This document shows positions 1 to 11,400 of a stretch of 24,855 bases of DNA, one piece after another. The position numbers were made by a program, and so were the translations under genes. The stretch lies in NCBI GenBank assembly GCA_041489155.1, contig JBGPQP010000013.1, positions 1 through 24,855 on the forward strand, given 5' to 3'. The notes under the pieces were generated by a model. The model had not been told where the DNA came from and did not search any database. It saw only the letters and a program-made list of their open reading frames with translations. Source of the stretch: Candidatus Aenigmatarchaeota archaeon (GTDB lineage Archaea; Aenigmatarchaeota; Aenigmatarchaeia; QMZP01; QMZT01). Every line of letters starts with the position of its first letter. Position 1 is the stretch's first letter.

Positions 1-3000
1 CACGTAATTGCTAGAGTTAGCATCGTAGTACTGTGTGTGGTTCACAACACCTGCCTTCCACCACTGCTTTCCTGTATAATAAGTAGCGCAGTCAGGCTCG
101 AAAGTTCTGTTCATATAGCCCGAGCCTGACGAAGTCGTGTCCTGCGCAGGTCCCCAGCTGACGCCGTCTGTCGTGACCCAGAATTTCTTGTACGTGGGCG
201 GCACGACATTGAGACCGTCAACCGCGTCCTTCACGCTCACCGAAAGCTCCGTGGTGTTCGTGCCTGTTCTGGTCACGTTGGACTCGTTGCCTCCCACAAG
301 GCTTATGTTCAGACCTCTCTTCGTGACCTCAAGCGAATGATTTGCGGTTTCGTAAGTCATGCCTCTCTGGTCAGTAACGTTGAATTTCCAGTACCATATG
401 CCGATATCAGAGGAAAGGTACTTCCTAGTAAGCGTTGCATTATAGCCTACGCGGTCGGAAAGCATCGTGGAGTTTGCGAGTTGCCATGGCCCTGTTGTAG
501 AATTGTATTCCCAGAGCTCGAGCGTGAGCGTATCATCGTCATCGGTAACGTTGACTGAGAAAACGAAGTTCGGTCCGTCCGAAGGTCTTGCCCAGTACGT
601 CGATGACGGGCTGACAATCTCGTTGTTCAAAAGAGGCGAAACCTGTCTGAAGAATGAGTCAACGAATTTCGTCGAGTTCGGATTGAAATAAGTCCTCGTA
701 CTGGAAACGGTGATGTTGTACTGGCCGCCAGGCAGGCTGGTCATGTTGAGGGTGCAGTTGTAGCGCCCGTTACCTAGTGCCTCAACAGTTGTGCAGTTGG
801 CTAAATACGAATCATGTGAAACTGATATGTTCATGTTCGCGTCAACGACCGGCGTTCCGCATTCGTATTCGTCGCTTATATTTATGTATATACTGACGTT
901 CTCGCCGCTAAGGCAGTAGCTCTTGCCGCTGCACGTGGCATTGTCGAACGTGTGTATCAGTTCGCCGATTATCGTGAGGTTCGAAAGGAAGGTCATGTTT
1001 TCCTCGTCGTAGCAGGAATTGTTTATGGTGCCTGCTGTCCAGTTGTGGAGGCCTACTGCGTATCCGCAGCCCGGATTGAAGTTGAACCTGAAGTAGCCGC
1101 TGCTGTCCGTCGTGTTCTGCAATCCTGAATCATAGCCTGCGCTGTCGTTGTACTTCACCCAGAACTTGCCGTCAACGCTCGCACCAACATAGGTTTGGTT
1201 GTCGGTGTCATAGACCCTTATTATTATGGTCTCATTCGTATACTGCTCCCCTGAGCGGTTGACTATGTTGTTGTCGCCGTCAACAAGCGAGATGCTCACG
1301 TTGTCTTTTTCAACAGTATAGCTCTGCGTGCTTGACGAACCAGAAAGGTCGTACTGGCCGCTGTAGTTCATGTCGGTGCCGTTGAACTTAAAGTAATACG
1401 TGTTGCCAACGAATGAGCAATTATGGAAAAGCGAGAAATTCACGTATTTGTTGGCGCAAAGCGTGCAGTTGGTCGTGTTTCTGAGTACCCATGGCTCCGC
1501 TCCGGTGTTTGATGTCCAGAACCATACAGTGACATTGTTGTAGTCCACGTCGTCGACACGGACGCTGAAATTGGTCGGCGCGCCCCAGCCTTCGCGGACG
1601 TATGAGGGGCTGGTGAATGTCGGGGCGTTGTTTACGTAGCTCTGCAGCCAGACGACATCGTCGTGCATTTCCGTGTCGTTATTGTAGTAGCCGGTGGAAT
1701 TCATCTGTATCCACACGCCGTATTTGTAAACAGGCGTCTCCTGCGTCGTCGTCCAGTTGCAGCGATAGGTGCCGTTGTTGTAATCGACTATGTCGCCGCA
1801 GGTATAATTGTAGGTCGCGTTCTTGACCATCAGGACTGAGATGTTTAGCCCGGGGATAAGGTTACCGCACTCATCGGTTATGTTTATGTATACATAAACG
1901 TTGTCTTCCTGATGCTTCGTATAATTGTCAGGCCTCATGCTGGCATTGAGATTGCCATAAACAGTGATGTTGAACGATGGCGAAATCGCAGTTTTGTAGC
2001 AGGTGTCCGAGGTTGCCACGAAGCCGTACCAGTACTGTTTTCCTACCTCGTAATTGCAGTTACCTTTAAGCGAGAAGTCGAAATTGACGTGACCTGTGCC
2101 GCTCGTTGTATTCATAGCTTCTGTAAGGTTCTGCGAATTGGTATTGGTCCTATTGGTGCTTATGTTAAGATAAACGGTCGCAGCAGAGTCGGCGACGTAC
2201 ATCTTCCTGTCAGTGTCGTTGACTATAAGCGACAGGCTGAAGTTGCCGCCTGTCCTGTTGACCTTGGTCTCGTTGCCTGCGAAGTATAGTATCTGCACGT
2301 CGTTTTTCTCGAGAACATAGCTGTTGTCGTTGTTCACGTAATCCCCTAGCGCAGTCTGGGTCTTTCGTTCGTTTCCCATGTCATCCGTGCCTGTGAACTG
2401 GAAATAGAAGGTCGGGTTGCCGGTCAGGTTGGCGCACATATACGTCTCGTTCCAGTAGAAGGTGTAGTTCGTGCACGAGGTGCAGTTCTGCGTCAATCCG
2501 ACCTGCGAATAATCGACGCCGTATTTCTTCCTCTCGAAAATTACGGTTACGTTGTCCCCGGCCTCATCCGTCACGTTGACGCTGAAATTATAAAGAGCGC
2601 CCCAGCCGTCAAGCCTCGGCGTAACGTTTGCGTACTTCAGTATTGGTATCGTCTTCAGGTAGAAGGTGTAGGGAGGTACTCTTGTTGTCTGGTTCGGATA
2701 GTAGTAGCTCTTGACAGGGTTCGGTTGGTATGTCTTGTTGGCCCACATGGTCACGTTATACCAGCCCTCCGCCACTCCAGTGGAAATCCAGTCGCCCTGA
2801 TAGAAACCGCCTCCGAGATTCGGGACGTTAGAATAATTGTACCTGTAATTCCTGACGCTCATGTTGAACTCGACATTCGCGTAGTCAAGCGTGTTGCCGC
2901 AGTCGTCCTTGACCTGACCCTGCACGAATATGTTGTCACCCCACGTGTAGTTGTTTGAGCCGTCGGGCTTGATTATCGTAAGATTAAGGTCACCCATGAC

Positions 3001-5445
3001 GTCGAGAACGTATGTGCTGCTTATGTTCGGGTAATAGCAGCTGTCACTTGCATTCATCTGCGCGCGCCATATCTGGTTTCTCGCTTCGTATTCATAGTCA
3101 CCCTCGCTGTCGCATGTGGGATTGAAGCTCCTGTTTATGTAACCCGAAGCGTTTGTAGCCGCATTCAGGCCGTCATCATAAGCATAATAGTTCCAGCTCA
3201 CCCATATGGTCGCGTTGGCGCCTGACGTGAGGTATGTCTTGTTGCTCTCATCGTAAAGCCTGAGAACCAGAAGATCCTCCTGCGCACCGCTTCTGTTGGC
3301 TATGGTATTGTTGCCACGCACGTGCTCAAAGATGACGGAGTCGGGGAGCACGCCGAAGGTGCCGTATGTGCCCGTGCCGTTATCGTTATTGGCGTTGTCT
3401 GTGACGTTGAACCTGAAGCGCGCCGATGAATTTATGTCTGAGCAGTTGAGGCGGACATCTGTGAAGTTTATCTTTGTCCATAAAAGACACGCAGTGCAAT
3501 TTTTTGTTTCAATATTTTTCCACCCGGTTCCCGTGTCGAACTGGAGCGTGACATTCACGTTTCCTCCTTCTATCCCGTGGTCCTTGACCTCGACCGAGAA
3601 ATTCCATCCGCCTCCCCACCCCTTGCTGTCGGTGGTCTTGTTGTTCACGGTCATGTTGGCGAAAAGCGGAGGCCAGTTCAGGGATATCTCGACTTTGAAA
3701 TTTTCGGAAACGTTGTACTTGTAGCAAAGATCGCTTGCATGTATGTAACCTCTCCACGTCATGTTGCCTGAACTGAATCTGTCGTCAGGCGTGAAGGTAA
3801 CGTTTGCATAACCGCCCGCATCCGTTCGCGTGTCGTTGACGTAAACAAAGCTGTTCATGTCGCCTTGGATGGTCGTCACGTTGAAGTATATCAGCGGATG
3901 CTCGGAGGTTGGTTTTGGGTAGATATAGCTTCCGTTATCCGTATCGCGAACCCTTAACTTGAAGGGCACCGCCGTGCCTGGGGTGATGCTGTTGTTGCCT
4001 TCTATGTATTCCACTATCGTGTTGGCCTTCTCCATGTTTATGGTATCGCTGTTGCCTATGTAGTCGCCGGCAGCGACTGATGTATCGTATGTGTAAGTTT
4101 CCCCATCCTCTGCACTGAAGTAGAATTTGATGGTTTTGTCTGCATAGGTTTCGCACGGCATGATTGTGTTCAGTTCTATGTCATTCCATGCAAGAACGAG
4201 GTTTGTGCAGTTGATAGGGTTGGAGGGGCAGTTGGGGCCGCAGCAGCGGCTGCCGTAAGATTCCTCGAGCGCGCCAACAGCAAGCCAAAGCGTAACGTTT
4301 ACCGTGTCGTCGAGGTTGTCCGTTATATTGACCGAGTAGTTCCTCACCTTTGACCATGATTCGGTCCTGTAAGTCGCATTCGCATCCTTGAGCATGGGAA
4401 CCGTCCTGAGTTCAAATGCATTCGTTTCGGTCACCGTATCGTTGTAATAGTTGTTCTCGTATGATTTCATGGTGAAGTTGTACATGCCATTCGTTCTGTT
4501 GAGCGTCTGCCAGATGCAGGTGTAAACGTTCTCGCCTATCCTCTGGATGTTCGGGCAGAGATAACTCGCTCCTGCAGTAGAAAGATTGAAGGTCACGTGG
4601 GTGGTGTCGATTTTCATTGGCTCTTCGCAGAAGTTGTAGATATACGTCGTTATAGAAACGTTCGCCCTGCCCTGTTGTATAATTGTTCCGCCAGTCGGCG
4701 CTACGATTGTGTTTATGATTTCGCCTATTGTCGTGAAATTATAATAGCCGTACTGGCTGGCTTCGGCGGTCGAGTTGGTCTGCTTGTAGCAGACTTCGTC
4801 TGAGTTTACCTTAACGTACCACCAGTGCGGTCCTACTTCGTACTCTTCCTCTGTGTAAGGCGTCGATTCGTTGTCGCAGTGGTCTGCTGCGGTAAAGTTG
4901 TAAGTTATGTTACCGCCAGCACTGGTATCAAATACCTGGCCGCTGTCCCAGAGAATCGTACCTCCAAGCGTGCCCAACTGCGAAATGTAAAGAGTTGTGT
5001 TGAGGCCCGAAAAATAACTTCCGTTCTCATCCCTTATCCTCAGGTGAAGAGTGAGATTCGTTCTCTCGGACGTGCGGTTGGCGATTGCGCCCGGCCCGTG
5101 GCCGGAAAGTATCTCGAATATGACATTGTCCCTAGTCACATTGAAGTAGCCGATGGGCGTTTCTTCCATGAAGTATTTCGGGTCCTCTATCTTTATCTTG
5201 TACTCGTAAGACTTGTCGGCATCGGTACATGTGAAGTGCTGGATGAACTTTATGCTCTGGTTCGTAACCGAGTTGTTGGCCTGTGTGGAATTTATTATGT
5301 TCCATATGCTTGTATTGGCCTGTCTTGACCAGAGGGTCACGTTTATGCTGTCGTTCCTCTGGTCGTACACGTTCAATGAGAAGTTTATCGGCTGGCCCCA
5401 CTGACTTTGCGCAGGATTGACGCTGGCATTGGAGATTTTCGGCGG
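1..5445 (-). repeat. Six degenerate protein-level repeat units within the giant ORF (last one partial)
   Basis: A recurring unit start (P-x-I/L...W-G...N-F-S-V-N-V-x-D) has its Pro codon at 5442, 4398, 3669, 2646, 1623 and 636, giving spacings of 348, 243, 341, 341 and 329 codons. Confidence 0.85.
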
Positions 5446-8400
5446 GGTGTTGTACCTCACTTTGAAGAACAGCTGCTGCGGCTCAGTGGCAAGGCCTCCC
5501 CATTCCCAGAGGTATTTGAATTGCGTGACCTTGACTATCTCGGCTGCTGCGCTCGTGTCAGACCTTACCTCTAGTTTCAGGGTTTTGCTGGGCTGGGTCG
5601 TGTACTGGTTTGTGTCAAAGTCTGTCGGGTCATAGTCGTATACGGTTTCCGTACCTGACCCGCCTATCGTGGGACGATATTTGTTCCATATTTCTATCCT
5701 TCCGGTAAGGCTGTCGTTGTATAAATATACCTGCCCGCCCTCGCCTGTTTCAAGGGTGTTTCCGTCCAAGCCCCAGACCACCCTTGTGGTAAACTCCGTG
5801 ATCCTTGGGTTGCTAACACCACTAGGCGCCTGCTCTATCCCGATGGTGAAATTGCTTGACGGCCTTCCCGTTGCGTCTCCGGGGTCGGAATACGTCGAAC
5901 TGTCAGTGTATTCGATGCTGCCGGACTGCTCGGAATATGTCGTGGGGGAGAGATCGTATTCCTGCGCGTCGCTCGTGCAGTTGAGGCGGAAGGTGAAGTT
6001 CTTGGCCGCGCCAACGGGGACGTTTTCATCAAGAGTCCAGTTGATGGTTCTTCCGGACGTATACCATACTCCGGTGCCGTTGTTAGTGACATTGCACGCC
6101 TGCGGTATTTTCACGCTTATGTTCCATGCGCCCGAGGCCGCGGTCGCCCTGCCCCTGTTCGTCCCCTGAATTATGAACCACTGGGAGATGTTCGGGGTCA
6201 CGACCTTTGAATAGTTGCTTTCATTAAGCGTAAGCGAGAAGTCGAAATGGGCATAGTCGAACGTGTCGCTGGTGACCCCATAGTAAGACTGCTCGGCATC
6301 GGTGTACTCGCTGCCCGCCTTGCCCTGATAAAGCAGGGACCATGCGCCGAAATTTGAGCTCGTCATGGTTGTCGGGGAAAGCAGAGTGTAGTTAAGCATG
6401 ACAAACTCGTTGACGCCCAGATGGCTTATGAACCACGTTATTGTCGTGATGCCTGTAACAGGGTCGACGCTCGTACTCGAATTGCCGGAAGTGTAACTCA
6501 CGGACCATCCGTTGGGGACGGTTTCATTGAAATATATGTTTTCGGCAGGTCCGCACTCCGCATTGTGCAGGACGAATTTGGGATATACGTTCGTGTAGTT
6601 GCCAACTTTCACAGGCATTTCCCTGTAGACTTTTATATAAGGCGACGGAATGTAGAGCGTCCTGTTTGTCACGAAGGCTTTGCTGTAATTATTAGGGTCC
6701 TTATAGGAGACATTGAAGTAAATGATATACAAACCTTCGGTCGAAGGCACGGTCACGGAAAAATTGGTAATGTTCGACGAGCTGCCCGAAACGTTCATGC
6801 GCTTTGAAGACGGTGAAACCGTGAAATCCGAAGGCGTGATGTGGCTTATGTTGAACTCTATCGTTGAGCTCCAGTTGTTCTGTATGCTGACATTTAGCTG
6901 AATCGTCTCCCCTAGACAGGCGCCGTAGTCCGGAATAAGCATTCTGGATACGTAAACAACCTCGAAGAGGTTGTAGCTCATCGTCGTCGACGAGCCGCTG
7001 GCCCACACTGCAGTGACGTTGACCGTGTAGTTGGAAGGCAGCCATCCAGCGGTGGATATGTTCGTGAAATTTATAACGTAGGACGATGAAGCCGGCCAGG
7101 TTATATTTTTTGTCAGGTTGTAAACAAGGGAATTTTGACTGTCTGTTATTCTGAGCGTAAGGTTACCGTTGATGCTGGAGCCAAGCGTATTGGTCATATT
7201 GACCCTTACGTCTATCGGGTCCATGACCTCAAACATGGTGCCATTGATGTTGGAGATGTTGTTGTAAACTTTTGTTTCGGTTGCGTAAAGGTCGGGTACG
7301 GTGGCATTGAGGTTTATGAGGTCAAGCTTGAATGTATAGTCATAAAGTCTGGAATCGTTGTGAAAATAAATCCTGACCTTCCAGTTGTTGGTCGCGTTCT
7401 TGTAATACTGGGCATTGGTCGAGATGTTTCTCGATATGAGGACGTCTGACCCTGATGTGTTGTACGCCTGCGATATGAAGCCGTCGCCTGACGTAGGCCA
7501 TTCATCGTTGACAAAATCGTAAAGCTGTATCTGTATCGTGCCGTTTATCTCGCTCTGGAACTCGACAGAAAGGTTCAGGGCATCCCAGGGCTTGCTTTCC
7601 GCGTCGCCCACAAATTCTATTGTGGAGTAAGAATTGGTGACCTCCCCGTATTTGTCGAAATCCAGCCACATCTTGTAGCCTTCGTTTGTGCCGACGTTGT
7701 TGCTCAGCTGCGTCGTGTTCGTGAAGAGCGTTCCCTCGCTGTCGAGCATTATGTCAAAGCCAGCGAAGCTTGTGTCGTTCATGGTCCAGCCGAGCGCTTT
7801 GATGTCACCAGCGACGTTCCTCGGGTTCCTAACGAACTGTATGACCCTTGGTATGCCGGTCGTTACCGTTGTCGTTTCCCCTGCCCACCCCCCTGTCCAG
7901 ATGTTATAGCTGAGGCTGGAGGCGCCTTCCGAATATATCAGGACGCCTTCCTCAGTTCCGTCCGGATACCACACGAATGACTCGGTCGTGCCTTCACTAT
8001 CGTCTCCGCCCGACGTCCCAGTGTGCTCTGTATGTTCCGTGTCCCATGCTGAGCCGCTCCAGAACCTGGTGTTGAGGTCGTTCCCATCGTCGTGAACGAC
8101 CATCATGATGCTGTCGGTTCCCGGCCTCGTTCTGAGAGTTATCCAGTTGGGGTCGCCGCCCATGGGCGATGCATAAACTGGTAATCGGTTTGACCACGTG
8201 CCGTTCCATATCCTGTAAGACATGTAGGCGGTGGTCCCGTTCCCCCACACGAACATGGCGTCGCCGCTGAGTTCTTCCCAAGCGGCGTCGAAATCCTGCT
8301 CGTCCTGGCCCGCCGCGGTGTCATCGAGTGTCACGTTGTCGATGATGTTGGTCCCGTTCCATATCGCGCCGTAATGGACGTAGTTGTACGGATCGAGTAC

Positions 8401-11400
8401 CATTATCGCTATCTTGTCGCTGTTCGGGTCCGGCTCGGCACCTATCCACGTTATGTTGCCATTGACCGAGTTCGAGAAGTCGAAGGTGTACGCCTGTGAC
8501 CACATGCTGCCGTTCCATATCCTGTACCTTATGGCACTGTCCGTGGCATCGCTCCTGTAGAAAAGCAGGGCCCTGCCACTCAGAGTTTCGTACGCGATGT
8601 CGAACGCCTTAACCCTTAAGAGGGTTCTGACTCCTGTCGCGATAGTGCTGTTCTGGTTCCAGCTGGTTCCGTTAAAGACATAGACGTACGTGTTGTTGTC
8701 AACGCCTTTTATGGCGGCAATCTTCTCGTACTGCCTTTCCCTCAGGGGGCATGAAACGACCATGCCTATGTCATACGCCGTGCCCATCGTTGACATCTCG
8801 CCTTGAGAGCCCCACGAGAGCGTTGCTCCGTCCCATCTTCTATATTTCGGATACGTGTCCCCGCTGCCGTCCGTTGAGATGTAGATTATTGTGGCGCTGG
8901 TGGACGAGCTGTCGTCGAAATCGTAGGTATTCAGGAATTCCATGTATGTGTTGTCGTTGGTCCTGAGGTTGCTCACGCTCCCTGCCTTCAAAGTCCCGTT
9001 TACGACGGCATAAGACGAGACGTTATAGAGGCTGTAGCTTGGGTCGACTGCAAGCATCCATGGCCTGGCCTCCGCGAATTCCTTTTCTGAGAAGAATTCC
9101 AAATAGGAAACCTTCGAGGGTCCCATCGAATAAAGATAAGGCCAGACGGGCGGAGTGTTGAAATAATAAGTAAGACTGGATCCGCTTGGGACGTTTTCCC
9201 AGGTAAGAGCCTTGAAATCTCCATTCTCCGTCACCACCGCATCCGTTCCTGAAACATCGAACTCCTTTGGCACGTATTCCGTGAAGATGAACGTGTTTGC
9301 GGAGGTGTACGAGTTAACCGTTATGGTCGATTTGAAGGGTCCTCTTCCCGGGTCTATAGTAACCGGCGTATTTCTCACGATGTCGAACTCGTAATATGAT
9401 TTTGCAACGAAATATGAATTTATCTCAACGTCGGGCAGGTCGTTCCTTTTTGCCTGCAGCAGATATTGCCCCTCCCCGCCGACCGTGTAATTGGCAACGT
9501 AGACTCCTGGCTGTATCTCAACGATTCCACCTTCGGACGTTGAAATGGAGGTTATTTCATTGTCTGGGCCTGTTATGTATAAAGCAACATCCGCCCCGGA
9601 AACCAGATACCCTCCCTTGTCCAGCACCACAATCAGGATTTCTGCGGTTTCCCCCGGCCTGTAAATGCTTTTCCTCGTGTTTATCGAGATCAGGCCCCAG
9701 TTGAACCATATCTCCTCTTTGCTTTCACCTGATTCGATGACTAGCTTGTAGGCGCCTGCCCTGAAGTTTTTCTTCGCGTCGAGCTTTATGCTGAAAGCCC
9801 CGTCCGCCTTTTCAACGACCTCAGGCTGGATATCAAGCCTTTCTCCGTTCTGCGTTTCGACATAAACATCAGTTATTTTGCCTTCATTTTCCTTTACAAC
9901 GTATGTTTGTTGTGAAAGCTGAGGAACCTTCCATGAAACTGAATCGTCTAGGCCGTCGTAATCAGAATCCATGAATTTTACTTCATGTTCCGGGTCATTT
10001 GTCACATCGGTCTCTTCAGTGAAAATGGCATCGCTGCCTTCCTTCCAGAAAACTTCTACGCCGCCCGAAATCTGCACGTCAAAAGTTGGTTCTTCTTCAA
10101 AGGAGAAGGATTTTTTGCCAGATAACTCATTTATTTCCGTCTCGGTCTTTATGCTCTCCGGTATTTCAGTTGACACCTGAACATCTTTGTAGTGTTCCTC
10201 ATCAAAATCGCTGCTTATCCTGATCTCTTTCCGCCACCCTTCCGTTGAGTATTCCTCTGTTTCTTCCTTCTGCGGTGCCGGGGTTTCGTAGTCTATCTCA
10301 TATTTAGCCGCGGCCTCTGACTCTATCCTTTCTTCCTTCCATGTGCTTATTTTTTCTCTTATCCTCTGCAGTATTTTTACCGTCCTGCTCCCTTTCTGTT
10401 CGCCGGTCTCAATTTCCAGTCTGCCTTTTATGTCCTTGATTTTTCTTAGCATGACATTGTCGGCCTTCTCTGGAAGAGTAACCTGCAGCTCTATGTTTTC
10501 AACAGCCATCTTATTGGGGTTTTTGACAGTAATTATTTTCTTCCACTCGACAGGTTCGCCCACCTCTGCAACACCCTGTATGGTTTCTGCTTCTATGGTC
10601 ATGTTTTCCAGCGGGCAGTTTACGTGAACGGGAAATTCCTGCGCGACAGCAGAAGTTGCGCTCTCGGCAGAAACCTTTAGCGTGTAGTTACCGCAGGCAC
10701 CCGCCTTTGCGTCCCATTCGAGAGCGAATGAGGCATTTTCTTCGATGAATGGGATTACCAAGGTCTTGTTTTCTATTTCGAACGAAACAGGTGCTGACAC
10801 GTTTATGCTTATGTTTTCTGATGAGCCATAAAGTGAGCTTACGTTTGCTTTTATCTTGAAAGTTTCCTGCAGGTTTATTGCGCTTGGCAAAGCGAAAACG
10901 TAAAGCTTAATTTCAGATACATGGGTTAGCGAAATGTTGGTCCCGTTCAGCGGCGCTGTTATGTTAATGGTTTCGTTTGCAGGCTCTGCGATATCTGTTT
11001 CGTTCAGTGTTTCGTCACCATCGACAGTTTCGTTTCCGGTTGTTTCATTCTGAAAAATGGGCAAATCTCCAGCTGGCACAAGCGTATCGTTGGTTGCGTT
11101 CTGCTCAAAAGTTTCATTTGTGATATTCAAAAGGAAGTCACTGATGAAGTCCTCTCCGATTTCTGAGGTGACTTCGTTGTTCGCTATTACGTAACCCTCG
11201 ATCGACAGAGATGAATTTTCAGTCGTGTTAGTCAGGTTGTAAGCGGTTATTATGGCCGCCGGCGCCAGAACAAGGAACATAAAAACAGCGATGAGCTGTA
11301 TCTGCCCGATGCTGCCGAGGCTTGATTTCATGTCATGGCCCTGAAGGCGTTTTATAGCCTGTCTCTCCTTTTTTCCCACGCAACCGTTTTTCAGGTAGCA

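Noticed and set aside
137..10627. Numerous 60-170-aa ORFs on both strands
   Set aside because: All lie within the giant minus-strand ORF and have shadow-like composition with no recognisable motifs.
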